Assembly: GCA_963745835.1 (NCBI GenBank)
Contig: CAVUZH010000003.1
Location: forward strand, 864,001 to 928,000
Direction of reading: 5' to 3'
DNA: 64,000 bases
Source of the DNA: an uncultured delta proteobacterium
Lineage (GTDB): Bacteria; Desulfobacterota; Binatia; UBA9968
In this document: piece after piece, positions 51,949 through 62,172 of the stretch
Numbering within the stretch: position 1 is the first letter of the stretch
Layout: every line of letters starts with the position of its first letter
Made by a program: the position numbers and the translations under genes
The notes under the pieces: model-generated
The model's database searches: none
Seen by the model: only the letters and a program-made list of their open reading frames with translations
Told to the model about the DNA's origin: nothing

Positions 51949-53844
51949 ATGTGTGGAATATTGGGGAAAATCACGTTTTCTGACGGGGGGTGCGCCGTCT
52001 CAGGAGAAGAGATCTCGCCCCGCCTCATCGGCCTGATGGCGCGCCGCGGCCCCGATAACGAAGGTCGTTGGAGTGATGGCCGAAGGTGCGCGATTGCGTT
52101 TCGTCGCCTCGCGATCCTGGACCTTTCCGACAGGGCCCATCAGCCGATGCTCACACCGGATGGACGCTTCGCCCTCGTCTGCAACGGAGAGGTCTACAAC
52201 TTTCGCGAGTTACGCAGCGAACTCGTTCACGAAGGCGTAAAATTTCGCTCGACCGGAGACACGGAAGTCATCCTGTACGCTCTCGTCCATTGGGGCCATC
52301 GCGCTTTGTCTCGCTTCAATGGCATGTTTGCCTTGGGTTTCTACGACTCGGTTGAAAAGCGCTTGCTCTTGGCTCGCGACCACGCCGGCATCAAGCCTCT
52401 TTACTACATGCTCACGTCCCGGGGTTTGGTGTTCGCCTCTCAATACGATCAGATTCTCGCTCACGGTTGGAGCCGTGAATCGCGTTCGTCTCCAGGGGCT
52501 CTGGGACTCTACCTGCGACTTGGTTACATTCCCGCGCCCTACGCGCTACTTCACGACACTTACATGCTCGAGCCCGGTGCCTGGCTGGAGATCTCAAGCG
52601 ATGGCCATCTTCATCGTGGCCGTTTCTTTGAGTTTCCAATCTGGCGTGAACCGACCCTCCGCGGCGAAGAGGCATTTGAAGCGGTGGACGCGGCGATCAC
52701 CGCAGCCGTGCGCCGCCACATGGTGAGTGACGTCCCTTTGGGTGCGTTTCTCTCAGGAGGCGTTGATTCTCCGCTCGTGACCGCCAAAATGCGGGCGGTG
52801 AGTAACGGCATCCTTCGGGCTTTTACCATCGGCACTAACGGAGACCATCACGACGAGTCGGCAGATGCCATTGCCTATGCCCGTGAGATCGGAGTCGAGC
52901 ACACGGTGGAGCACGCAACGCCAGACACGGCCCTGAAAATTCTGGATGATGTGGTAGCCGCCTGCGGGGAACCTTTCGCCGATTTTTCTATCTTCCCCAC
53001 CATGTTGGTATCACGACTCGCCCGCCAAGAGGTCAAAGTCATAGTCTCCGGAGACGGCGGTGATGAACTATTCTGGGGATATCCCGACCGTTTCGCGTCG
53101 GTGCTGGATAAGCTGGCTATACTGAACCAGGCACAGCACGCGGGAAATCCCGGCTGGCATCTAAAGAGATTGCTCGCCACCGACCGGGCCGGGCCGGATC
53201 CGCGCTGGCCAGGCAGCATCGGCGACATTTATCGAATCAAACACACCCATCTCTCCGAAGGCTGGCTCAAGCGTATTTTTCCCGACCTTCCGGACTGGCC
53301 GGCTGATTTCTCTCTCTTCACTTACACGGGCTTGGAGCCCGATCGGACCGCGCAGTGGCTGCGTTGGAATGAGTTTGTGGGTAACTTGACCAGGATTCTT
53401 CTAAAAGTGGATCGGGGCAGCATGTATCATTCGCTGGAAGTGAGAGTGCCGTTTTTGGACCGGGAGGTTGTTGAGACAGCAAGCCGCGTAGACTGGCGCT
53501 CCTGTCTGGATGTGAAACAGAGGCTCGGCAAGTTGCCGCTCCGCCATTCACTGGCGCGCCATGTGCGCCACCAAACCTGGACCAAGCGAGGTTTCACCGT
53601 CCCAATGGACCAATGGCTCCGGGGACCTCTGAGGCAGGTCTTTGAAGAGACCCTGCTCGACCGCCGGGAACTCGCAGGTCTCCCTCTGAATAGAGCAGCC
53701 GCGCGCGAGATGTTCGGCCGGCACCTTTCGGGCCAAGTCAACTACGATTGGCCGCTTTGGATGTTACTGAGTCTCGCTTTGTGGGAGAAGCATCACTATG
53801 GCGAAAGTCGTACTGTCCGCCATTCGCTGAGCAACATGATTTGA
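51949..53844 (+). CDS. asnB: Asparagine synthase (glutamine-hydrolysing)-like amidotransferase
   Basis: N-terminal MCGI (Ntn Cys), RGPD, RRLAILDLS, NGEVYNF, FLSGGVDS, SGDGGDELF and EVRVPFLD. Confidence 0.92.
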   Translation: MCGILGKITFSDGGCAVSGEEISPRLIGLMARRGPDNEGRWSDGRRCAIAFRRLAILDLSDRAHQPMLTPDGRFALVCNGEVYNFRELRSELVHEGVKFRSTGDTEVILYALVHWGHRALSRFNGMFALGFYDSVEKRLLLARDHAGIKPLYYMLTSRGLVFASQYDQILAHGWSRESRSSPGALGLYLRLGYIPAPYALLHDTYMLEPGAWLEISSDGHLHRGRFFEFPIWREPTLRGEEAFEAVDAAITAAVRRHMVSDVPLGAFLSGGVDSPLVTAKMRAVSNGILRAFTIGTNGDHHDESADAIAYAREIGVEHTVEHATPDTALKILDDVVAACGEPFADFSIFPTMLVSRLARQEVKVIVSGDGGDELFWGYPDRFASVLDKLAILNQAQHAGNPGWHLKRLLATDRAGPDPRWPGSIGDIYRIKHTHLSEGWLKRIFPDLPDWPADFSLFTYTGLEPDRTAQWLRWNEFVGNLTRILLKVDRGSMYHSLEVRVPFLDREVVETASRVDWRSCLDVKQRLGKLPLRHSLARHVRHQTWTKRGFTVPMDQWLRGPLRQVFEETLLDRRELAGLPLNRAAAREMFGRHLSGQVNYDWPLWMLLSLALWEKHHYGESRTVRHSLSNMI

Positions 53845-53885
53845 TTCCCTGCCTATTTGCGGGGTGGTCCGACAGTGATTACGCG

Positions 53886-56204
53886 ATGCGGGTACTTTTC
53901 TGGTCGACTTTGTTTTGGCCCTACATTGGAGGATCCGAGTACTTCGGCGCCAAGTTGGTTTCCGCGTTGCGGGAGCGCGGGTACGAGTTGATCGTTTTAA
54001 CATCGCACGATTATCTCGATCTTCCCGACGAGACACACTACCAGGGCATTCCGATCTATCGGCTTCCGTTGTTGCAGGCTCTACGTGACAGCGATGCCAG
54101 CCGGTTCATCGAGATCTGCCAGAAGGTGAAGAAGCTCAAGCGAACCTTCAAGCCGGACTTGGTGCACTTGAACGGCGTCAATTCGACCACCGTGTTCCAT
54201 CTCAGGACAGTCGATGCGGAACCGGCGGCTACTTTGGTTCGGGTTAACCAAGAGCTGCTGCCGCACCAGCACCTTGGGCCGGAGACGATCTTCAGCCAGA
54301 CACTTCGCTCCGCCCGTTGGACAACCTGTGTCTCATCCGCAGTGTTGAAGCACGCTAGTCGGTTGGTGCCTGAGATTGCAAGACGCTCATCCGTTATTTA
54401 CAACGGCTTGGAAGTTCCATCCTTTTCCCCGACGCCGCTCTCGTTTGAAGCGCCTCGTTTGATGTGTGTGGGACGTCTGGTCCCGGCGAAGGGATTCGAC
54501 CTAGCATTGGTCGCATTGGCCTCGATCATCAAAAGATACCCCAACATCCGCCTGGTTATTGCCGGTGACGGACCGGACCGGCTTCAACTGGAACGGCAAA
54601 CCTCTCAACTCGGTCTGAGCGAGGTCGTCGAATTTCTTGGGTTGGTGGAGCCGGAAAAGGTGCTCGCTCTGATCAATCGGGCCACACTGGTACTGATCCC
54701 GTCCCGCTACGAGGGACTTCCGACGGTTGCCTTGCAGGCCGCGCTTATGGCCCGGCCGATTGTGGCAACACGGGTTGGAGGACTGGCGGAAGCGGTGATC
54801 GATCGGCAGACTGGTTTGCTAGTTGAGAGCGGTGACAGTCATAGCCTTGCGGAGGCGATTGCATTCTTGCTGAGTAATCCTCAAGGAGCGATCGAGATGG
54901 GAACGGCCGGTCGAAAGCGGGTGCAACAACTTTTCCTTTGGCAGCGCTGCGTCGACGCCTATGACGCTCTTTACAAAAGATTGATTGCCAGGACCGATAC
55001 GGGAAAGTCGCTTCAATCGCATGAGCCGGAAGCCGAGAATGCCGTCCAGCCATCAACCTCCCGTCTCCAAACGCAGAGAAATCAACCAGTGATGATGCGG
55101 GTCTTATTCTGGTCGGAGCTGTTTTGGCCCTATATAGGGGGCGCTGAAGTGTTCGGCACGAAACTTCTGCATGCTCTGCGACAGCGCGGTCATGACGTCA
55201 TCGTCGTGACACGCCAGGATTCGCCGGATCTTCCCCACAAAGACCAGTATCAGGGAATCCCCGTTTATCGCTTTCCGTTCTTGACGGCGTTTGCCAATCG
55301 CAGCGTGGATCAATTGATCGCGGCTCGGCAAGAGTTGGCCAAGCTCAAGCGCGAGTTTGCGCCCGACTTGGTCCATATACACGGTTTCGGGCCGAGCGTG
55401 CTTTTTCATCTGGACACAACTCAGGCGCATCCTTCCCCGTTATTGGTCACGTTGGTAGAAGAGCGACAACACCGAGAGGGCCGTGACCTGTTGGATCGGA
55501 TGCTGCGGGCGGCCGATTGGATCACCGGCAAATCGACGGCCGTGCTGGCGCAAGCGCGTCGATTCGTTCCCGAGATTGCGACCCGCTCGTCGGTCATTCA
55601 AAATGGTTTGGCAGTTCCGGCGCTCCTACCGGGACCGCTCCCTACCGATGCACCGCGGCTGCTGTGTTTAGGGCGGCTCGCCGTCCAGAAAGGATTTGAT
55701 CTCGCCCTAACGGCGTTGGCCTCGATTCATGATCGCTTTCCCCATGTTCGTCTGACCATCGCCGGCGATGGGCCTGAGCGGCCTACCTTGGAGCGGCAAG
55801 TTTCCGAACTGGGTCTCACGAATGTCGTCGATTTTATAGGTTGGGTTTCACCTGATGAGATATTCGCTCTAATAAATACATCTAGCATTGTCATAATGCC
55901 CTCTCGGTGGGAGGGACTCCCTTCGGTCGTACTGCAAGCGGCTATTATGGCGCGTCCGGTGGTGGCAACCCGCGTCTCGGGTCTTTCGGAAGTCGTAGCC
56001 CATCAGAACACCGGCCTACTTGTCGAACCCGAAGACGCCTGGGCTCTAGCCGAAGCGATCACTTCGCTGCTCGAACAGCCCGAAGCCGCCGTGCGGATGG
56101 GCCGGGCAGCCCGCCGGCGGGTCCAAGAACTATTTAGTTGGGAGCGTTGCGTGAGCGCTTACGAAGCTCTCTGGCGCCGCCTCGTAATGGACCGGCGCGG
56201 ATAA
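53886..56204 (+). CDS. Tandem GT4-GT4 fusion glycosyltransferase
   Basis: Two complete GT-B units in one frame. Each starts MRVLFWS..FWPYIGG.E (53886 and about 55092) and has GRL...KGFD and EGLP motifs. Confidence 0.85.
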   Translation: MRVLFWSTLFWPYIGGSEYFGAKLVSALRERGYELIVLTSHDYLDLPDETHYQGIPIYRLPLLQALRDSDASRFIEICQKVKKLKRTFKPDLVHLNGVNSTTVFHLRTVDAEPAATLVRVNQELLPHQHLGPETIFSQTLRSARWTTCVSSAVLKHASRLVPEIARRSSVIYNGLEVPSFSPTPLSFEAPRLMCVGRLVPAKGFDLALVALASIIKRYPNIRLVIAGDGPDRLQLERQTSQLGLSEVVEFLGLVEPEKVLALINRATLVLIPSRYEGLPTVALQAALMARPIVATRVGGLAEAVIDRQTGLLVESGDSHSLAEAIAFLLSNPQGAIEMGTAGRKRVQQLFLWQRCVDAYDALYKRLIARTDTGKSLQSHEPEAENAVQPSTSRLQTQRNQPVMMRVLFWSELFWPYIGGAEVFGTKLLHALRQRGHDVIVVTRQDSPDLPHKDQYQGIPVYRFPFLTAFANRSVDQLIAARQELAKLKREFAPDLVHIHGFGPSVLFHLDTTQAHPSPLLVTLVEERQHREGRDLLDRMLRAADWITGKSTAVLAQARRFVPEIATRSSVIQNGLAVPALLPGPLPTDAPRLLCLGRLAVQKGFDLALTALASIHDRFPHVRLTIAGDGPERPTLERQVSELGLTNVVDFIGWVSPDEIFALINTSSIVIMPSRWEGLPSVVLQAAIMARPVVATRVSGLSEVVAHQNTGLLVEPEDAWALAEAITSLLEQPEAAVRMGRAARRRVQELFSWERCVSAYEALWRRLVMDRRG

Positions 56205-56266
56205 ATCCCAATTCAAAGCTCATACCTTCGCAAGTTTGCCGCGAGATCGCCCCTCGATGAGAAATA

Positions 56267-57385
56267 ATGATGCGTGTCTTATTCTGCTCCATTAACTTTT
56301 GGCCGCATATCGGAGGCGTGGAGGTTCTCGCTGCAAAGTTCCTTCCGGCCTTGAGAGAGCGCGGTTACGAATACGTCGTAGTCGCGCCGAAAAATCATCC
56401 GGATCTGCCCGATGAAGACTCTTACAACGGAATTTTCGTGCATCGTTTTTCTTTCTATAACGACTTTAACCGCAATGGTATGGACCATGTTATGGACACG
56501 CGGCAAAAGTTGCGCAATCTGAAGCGCTCTTTTGCGCCTAACCTCATCCATATAAACGCCGTCGGCGTCGAGAATTTTTTTCACGTTTCGACGGCGGACG
56601 CACATCAATCTCCGGTGCTCGTTACCTTGCATGGAAAATGGAAGAGTCGGGCTGATGCAATCGTTGGCCAAACTCTCCGCAGCGCCGACTGGATCGTAGG
56701 CTGCTCGGCGGCCATTCTGGAGCAGGGTCGCAGGTTGGCGCCAGAGATCGCCTGCCGCTCGTCTGTTATTCACAACGGCGTGGGGGCGCCGTCTCTCTCG
56801 CCTGAGCCGATGGCATTCGATTCACCGCGGCTGCTTTGCTTAGGTCGCCTCGCACCTGAAAAGGGCTTCGATCTAGCGCTGGCCGGATTCGGGAGAATCC
56901 TTCATCGCTTTCCTCGAGCGCGTCTCATTATAGCCGGGGACGGCCCCGCCCGCGGTAAACTGGAACGACAGGCGGCAGAACAAGGCATCCGGCGCGCGGT
57001 TGAATTCACGGGCTGGATCGACCCTGAGCAAGTGCCGGCTTTGATCAATCGGGCCACTCTAGTTGTTATGCCGTCTCGCGATGACTCCCTCCCCCTGGTG
57101 GCCTTAGAAGCGGCTCGGATGGCTCGGCCGGTGGTGGCGACTCGCGTTGGTGGAATTCCCGAAATCGTTGTGCATCAAGAGACCGGCGTGCTCGTCGAAA
57201 AAGAAGACACCAACGGCCTGGTCCACGCAATCGGTTTGTTGCTTGGCAATCCGGAAGCTGCTGTTGCGATGGGCCAAGCAGCTCAAAGACGCATAGAAGT
57301 GGCGTTCAGTTGGAAAAAGCACGTCGATGCTTATGACGCTCTGTACCGAAGACTTATTGAGAATAGTCCCACCCGGGTGGTCTGA
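56267..57385 (+). CDS. GT4 family glycosyltransferase (paralogue)
   Basis: MRVLFCSINFWPHIGGVE, LGRLAPEKGFD and DSLPLVALEA. Confidence 0.92.
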   Translation: MMRVLFCSINFWPHIGGVEVLAAKFLPALRERGYEYVVVAPKNHPDLPDEDSYNGIFVHRFSFYNDFNRNGMDHVMDTRQKLRNLKRSFAPNLIHINAVGVENFFHVSTADAHQSPVLVTLHGKWKSRADAIVGQTLRSADWIVGCSAAILEQGRRLAPEIACRSSVIHNGVGAPSLSPEPMAFDSPRLLCLGRLAPEKGFDLALAGFGRILHRFPRARLIIAGDGPARGKLERQAAEQGIRRAVEFTGWIDPEQVPALINRATLVVMPSRDDSLPLVALEAARMARPVVATRVGGIPEIVVHQETGVLVEKEDTNGLVHAIGLLLGNPEAAVAMGQAAQRRIEVAFSWKKHVDAYDALYRRLIENSPTRVV

Positions 57386-57409
57386 AATCGACGGCCGGAG
57401 GCTCCATCC

Positions 57410-58336
57410 ATGTCTGCGATGCCATTTGTTCGAGGCTTTTCTATATCGGCTCGGCCTATAACAGGCTCGAAGAACGCGATTCCCTTGTTTGAACGCTTGC
57501 TAATCGAGTCCCAATCGAATTGCAATCGCTCGTGCTGGTTCTGTCCTCGCACTTATGATCGGTCCGGAAAGTATCTCGACGCAGCCGGCAAGCCGCTGCT
57601 CAATCAGATACCCACGGAAAAGATCCTCGATCTGCTCGATCAAGCGCAGGCTTTGGGGTTCAGAGGAGGCGTGGGATTTCATCACTACTCCGAGCCCTTG
57701 CTAGACAAACGCAACATCATGCTTGCCCGGGAAGCGAGGAAACGGGGCATGAAGCCCGACCTGCACACCAACGGGGATGTGCTCAAACATGATGACGCGC
57801 TGTGCGAGGAAGTTAAGAACGTCTACGAACTTATTGTCATTGGTCTGTACGACTACAAGACCAACGAGGAGCTTCACGAAAGTAAGCGGTACTGGCAGAC
57901 CAGACTAACTGGCGCCAATCTCAAGTTTAGCTCTATTGGCCTTTCGAGAGCTGGCGCGAGTTACAGCATTGGGATTCCCAAGGCGCTGGTGCCGTGGGAT
58001 CCGCGCATGGCCGTTCCTGACTTTACATTTGCCAATGCGCCCTGCCACCGTCCCCTCATCCGAATGATCATCCAACATGACGGCGAGGTGTGCAATTGCT
58101 GTGAGGACACGACCGGAGCCTTCAAGCTAGGCAACGTCTATCAGTATACCCTCGAAGAGTTATGGTACTCCGAGCACCACGTCGAAGTCGTCAGGGATCT
58201 CATCGTCGGCCGGCGAGAGAAGTATAACCTTTGCCGGAACTGCCCACTGCCTCCGACAGGTTCAGCACCGAGGGGCACCAAAATCGACATCGCTCCGAGA
58301 CGCTACGGTTTAACAACATATCAAGAGAGCAAATAA
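57410..58336 (+). CDS. Radical SAM/SPASM domain protein
   Basis: CNRSCWFC, YSEPLLD and HTNG; SPASM region CHRP..MIIQHDGEVCNCCED...LGNV...LEELW...CRNC. Confidence 0.9.
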   Translation: MSAMPFVRGFSISARPITGSKNAIPLFERLLIESQSNCNRSCWFCPRTYDRSGKYLDAAGKPLLNQIPTEKILDLLDQAQALGFRGGVGFHHYSEPLLDKRNIMLAREARKRGMKPDLHTNGDVLKHDDALCEEVKNVYELIVIGLYDYKTNEELHESKRYWQTRLTGANLKFSSIGLSRAGASYSIGIPKALVPWDPRMAVPDFTFANAPCHRPLIRMIIQHDGEVCNCCEDTTGAFKLGNVYQYTLEELWYSEHHVEVVRDLIVGRREKYNLCRNCPLPPTGSAPRGTKIDIAPRRYGLTTYQESK

Positions 58337-58372
58337 GCCCGCGGAGCGGCCGCTAAATAAAAGAGCACGGAT

Positions 58373-60439
58373 ATGTGTGCTATCGCTGGAATCATCAATC
58401 TCAACGGTCAACCGGTCAACGTTAGCTTACTCCGTAGGATGAACGATCAACTTCGTCACCGCGGTCGTGATGATGAAGGGTATGTCTTCATCCAGCCAGA
58501 CGGTTCGTGGGCCGAATACTCCGGAGCTGATACCCCGAGACCTCTTCTTGATACTTACCCGGCATTGCTGGATTCGCACCATCATTTCCCCTTCGCTATT
58601 GGCCTCGCCCATCGGCGCTTTGCGATTGTTGATCTGACGACAAGAGCGCATCAGCCGTTTTTCGACTCTGACAAGGTTTGCTGTGCCGTCTTCAATGGGG
58701 AAATTTTTAATTATCTAGAGTTGCGGGATGACCTCGTGAAACTCGGACATCGCTTTCGCTCGGCTTCCGACACTGAAGTGATTGTTGAAGCATATAAGGC
58801 TTGGGGAGTTGAATGCTTTTCTCGCTTCAATGGGATGTGGGCGATGGCTTTGTATGACTTTAGAAATAAACGTTTGATTGTGAGCCGAGATCGCTTAGGC
58901 GAGATTCCACTCTATTGGGCCAGAATTCGGGATTCGGTTTATTTCGCTTCTGAAATTAAAGCCTTGCTCGGAGTTTCAAGTACTCAGTCAGTTAATGAGG
59001 CCGCCATTTATCCCTATTTGGTCCGCGGTTTCCAACATGTGAACGACGAAACTTTCGTTGAGGGCATCTCTAGTTTTCCGGCTGCCACTTGGGCAGTGCT
59101 GGACCAAAATTTTCCGACCACCGCTCGACGGTACTGGCAGGCTCCAGGGCGGCGATTTGCCGAACGCGACGTGTGCGTGAGCGAAGCGATTCGCTCCATT
59201 CAAGACACACTTCAAGATGCGGTGCGTATTCGCTTGCGCGCGGATGTCCCTTGCTGCGTGACGTTGAGTGGTGGTCTGGACTCATCGGTGTTAGTTGCAT
59301 TGGCTGCTCAGTGTTCTGGGACAAAGGTAATAGCTCATACAGTCCGATTTGCGGAGAAGCAATGTGATGAAGAACCGTTTGCCCGTGCCGTTGCGCGCTA
59401 TTGTGGCGCGGAGCATCGTATCGTAGACCCGCCGCTGCACAACTTCTGGCATGAAATTCTTCCCTTTACGTATCTCGCAGAGGAGCCGTATCATGCCCCG
59501 AATATTTATATCAGACAATTATTCCACCGCGCGATGCGATCGGAAGGGTTTAAGGTAGTTTTGGTGGGCGAAGGCGGGGACGAGCTTTTTGCCGGCTATT
59601 GGAGGCATTTTGATATTCTACAAACGGAAGCCCTGCGGGCTCATCGGTTTGGCATGTTTCTGGACAATCGTTTGCGTTGGTCAGAAACCGATACCCACTT
59701 AAAACCACTAGCCAGACTCATCCTGCGGAAGATTAAGTGGAGTGTGCTGCACCCTTATCTGTCTATATTCAAAGCCAGCAGTGCTACACGCCAGGCAAAA
59801 TCCGAGCGTATGGATGGATATGTCAATCTGCCACCCCTTATGCACAACGGGGACTACTCTCGGGCGACTTTATCTCAGGTGCTGTATGATGAGGTCACCA
59901 GCACTAGTATTCCCTATTGGGTCCGGGCCAATGATAGAATGCGCATGGGCATTCCTATCGAGGGTCGATCGCCATTTCTCGATTATCGCGTGGTCGAGTT
60001 AGGGTTGACGTTGCCCGTGACTTATCTCATTCGACACGGTTGGCATAAATGGATACTGCGAAAAGCCTTCCAGGAGCTATTGCCACAAGAGGTCGTTTGG
60101 CGAAAGCAGAAGGCGGGCTTTCCTACTCCATTTCAGCGCTTCGTTGTAACTAGCCCGCCGACCATCCAGAGGCTGCTCAAGCAACTGCACAATCCTTACG
60201 TTGATTTGCCGTTGTTTGAGCGTTTTGCAAAGCATTGCGCGCAAAACCGCAACGAATGGAGCGCGCATATCCACTGGTGGCGTATGATCAGTTTTTTGCT
60301 TTGGTACGAACTGTTCGTCAACCATAACCAGGAACTCTTCGCAAGGATCCAAGAAGAACAACGTGACAGCACCAATTATGTCCACGACGAGTTCGAGCCA
60401 CAGTTTCTGCACTCCTGTATTGGTGCCAGGACTGTATGA
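58373..60439 (+). CDS. asnB: Second asparagine synthase-like amidotransferase
   Basis: MCAIAG, HRGRDDEG, HRRFAIVDL, NGEIFNY, LSGGLDSS, GEGGDELF, EGRSPFLDYR and KWILR. Confidence 0.92.
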   Translation: MCAIAGIINLNGQPVNVSLLRRMNDQLRHRGRDDEGYVFIQPDGSWAEYSGADTPRPLLDTYPALLDSHHHFPFAIGLAHRRFAIVDLTTRAHQPFFDSDKVCCAVFNGEIFNYLELRDDLVKLGHRFRSASDTEVIVEAYKAWGVECFSRFNGMWAMALYDFRNKRLIVSRDRLGEIPLYWARIRDSVYFASEIKALLGVSSTQSVNEAAIYPYLVRGFQHVNDETFVEGISSFPAATWAVLDQNFPTTARRYWQAPGRRFAERDVCVSEAIRSIQDTLQDAVRIRLRADVPCCVTLSGGLDSSVLVALAAQCSGTKVIAHTVRFAEKQCDEEPFARAVARYCGAEHRIVDPPLHNFWHEILPFTYLAEEPYHAPNIYIRQLFHRAMRSEGFKVVLVGEGGDELFAGYWRHFDILQTEALRAHRFGMFLDNRLRWSETDTHLKPLARLILRKIKWSVLHPYLSIFKASSATRQAKSERMDGYVNLPPLMHNGDYSRATLSQVLYDEVTSTSIPYWVRANDRMRMGIPIEGRSPFLDYRVVELGLTLPVTYLIRHGWHKWILRKAFQELLPQEVVWRKQKAGFPTPFQRFVVTSPPTIQRLLKQLHNPYVDLPLFERFAKHCAQNRNEWSAHIHWWRMISFLLWYELFVNHNQELFARIQEEQRDSTNYVHDEFEPQFLHSCIGARTV

Positions 60440-60901
60440 TGGCCGCTTGCAAGCATCTGCATTCGCCGACGCATGAACCTCTTCAGAGAAGGAATCGGTT
60501 AAAAGCGTGAAACATCCTCGATAGTATTTTGGCTCAGACGTGCCGGCGATTAGAGATTATCGGCGTCGATCATGGCACGACCGATAGAACACCGACAGTC
60601 CTAGCTGGCTACGGCCAATGAGTTTACTACGTCGCGGCGCCCCGCGCGCTTTTTGACGTCGTGGGAGCTTTCAATCCCACAATCAACCACGCGAGACACG
60701 GAATGCTTTTTGCGCATCTGAACACGGAGCGAGCTGCTATAGAGGTGTTACCCGACATATTGTATCGTCGCTAGCATCAAACTAATTTCAGTTGTCTCCG
60801 AGCATCTAATAGCCCGACCAATGCTTGCAGATCCTAAAAGCTGCGCTCGCCGTCGCCGTCTCAATAAGACTTCCTGATTGAGCTGATAAATTATCGGGAA
60901 C

Positions 60902-60990
60902 CTGCGTCATCGTCTCCGGTTCCTGGGAAAGAGATTGTTGAGGTTGTTGACGGTGAGGCGATCGCAACGAACCTGGTTAACGGAAATACC
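60902..60990 (+). pseudogene. Relic of a second PqqD/RRE gene N-terminus
   Basis: LRHRLRFLG/(frameshift)EIVEVVDGEAIATNLVNGN aligns with LKDRLRVNEEEVAAKVIDGEAIIINLANGV of 48890. Confidence 0.7.
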
Positions 60991-61046
60991 GAGATAAAAT
61001 GCCATCCAAGCGGCATTGAATTTCACGCAGCAATAGCTGGAAGGAT

Positions 61047-62171
61047 ATGCGAATTCTTTTTTGGTCTGAAACCTTTTGGCCTAGAATCGGCGGAGTAGAG
61101 AATCTCGCAGCCAGGTTACTGCCGGCCTTACAATCGCGGGGGCATGAGTTCGCCGTGATTACTTGGGACAATGTAGAGGATGCCGACCAAATCCTCTATC
61201 AAGAGATTCCCGTGTATCGTTTTCCTTTTTTTTCAGGAAGGCACCGAGACAGCCTGGGATCTATGATCGAAAATCGCCGGGAGATCGCCTTGCTCAAGCA
61301 GCAGTTTGCACCCGACCTCGTTCATATCAACTCGTATGGCCGTAGTGTTTTGTTTCATCTTAATACGATCAGCGCGCACCCGGCTTCCGTGTTGGTTACA
61401 TTGCACCAGGCGCTTCCAGATGAACCGGTTGCGAATGACAGTTTATTGGGTCATGTCCTGCGTACGGCGGATTGGGTAACTACTTGCTCGAGCGCGGTGT
61501 TGACTCACGCTCGACGGCTTATGCCTGAAGTCATTCCATGTTCTTCGGTTATCCTCAATGGGCTGGAGCCGCCGCCTTTCGATCCGCCACCCATCCCTTT
61601 CGATTTGCCGCGGATATTGTGTCTTGGTCGGCTGGTTCCAGAGAAGGGATTCGATTTGGCATTGGCGGCATTCGAAAGGGTTTTCCGGCGCTTCCCAAGT
61701 GCCCGTTTGGTGGTCGCCGGCGAAGGTCGTCAAGCGGGCAAGTTGAAACAGCAAACAGTCGAATTGGGATTAACTGATTGTGTAGAATTCATCGGCGCCG
61801 TCCCCCCAGAGAAGGTGGCTGACTTAATTGCACAGTCGACTCTCGTGCTGATACCGTCGCGGTTGGAAGGGTTTGGGTTGGTTGCAATAGAGGCTGGAGC
61901 GATGGCTCGTCCGGTGGTCGCAACTCGCGTTGGAGGACTCCCGGAAGTGATAGTCCATGAAGAGACAGGTCTCCTCGTCAATCAGGAAAGCAGTCCCGCG
62001 CTAGCCGATGCCATTTCGCTTTTGCTCGACCACACCGAGGTCGCGGTGCAAATGGGCGAGGCGGGTCGACGGCGGGTTGAGGAGGTCTTTAGTTGGGAGC
62101 GCTGTGTGGACGCGTACGATACCGTCTATCGAAAACTAGCCGCGACGAAACAGGAAGCGATAGGCTTTTGA
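61047..62171 (+). CDS. GT4 family glycosyltransferase (paralogue)
   Basis: MRILFWSETFWPRIGGVE, LGRLVPEKGFD and EGFGLVAIEA. Confidence 0.93.
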   Translation: MRILFWSETFWPRIGGVENLAARLLPALQSRGHEFAVITWDNVEDADQILYQEIPVYRFPFFSGRHRDSLGSMIENRREIALLKQQFAPDLVHINSYGRSVLFHLNTISAHPASVLVTLHQALPDEPVANDSLLGHVLRTADWVTTCSSAVLTHARRLMPEVIPCSSVILNGLEPPPFDPPPIPFDLPRILCLGRLVPEKGFDLALAAFERVFRRFPSARLVVAGEGRQAGKLKQQTVELGLTDCVEFIGAVPPEKVADLIAQSTLVLIPSRLEGFGLVAIEAGAMARPVVATRVGGLPEVIVHEETGLLVNQESSPALADAISLLLDHTEVAVQMGEAGRRRVEEVFSWERCVDAYDTVYRKLAATKQEAIGF

Positions 62172-62172
62172 G

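Noticed and set aside
51949-60439. AsnB genes as lasso peptide cyclases
   Set aside because: Both keep the N-terminal Cys2 and a full glutaminase domain typical of glycan amidotransferases. No B2 protease or Gly/Asp-ring precursor was seen.
60440-60900. Stand-alone RiPP precursor in the long gap after the second asnB
   Set aside because: Only very short ORFs without a clear RBS or YxxP leader motif were found on inspection.
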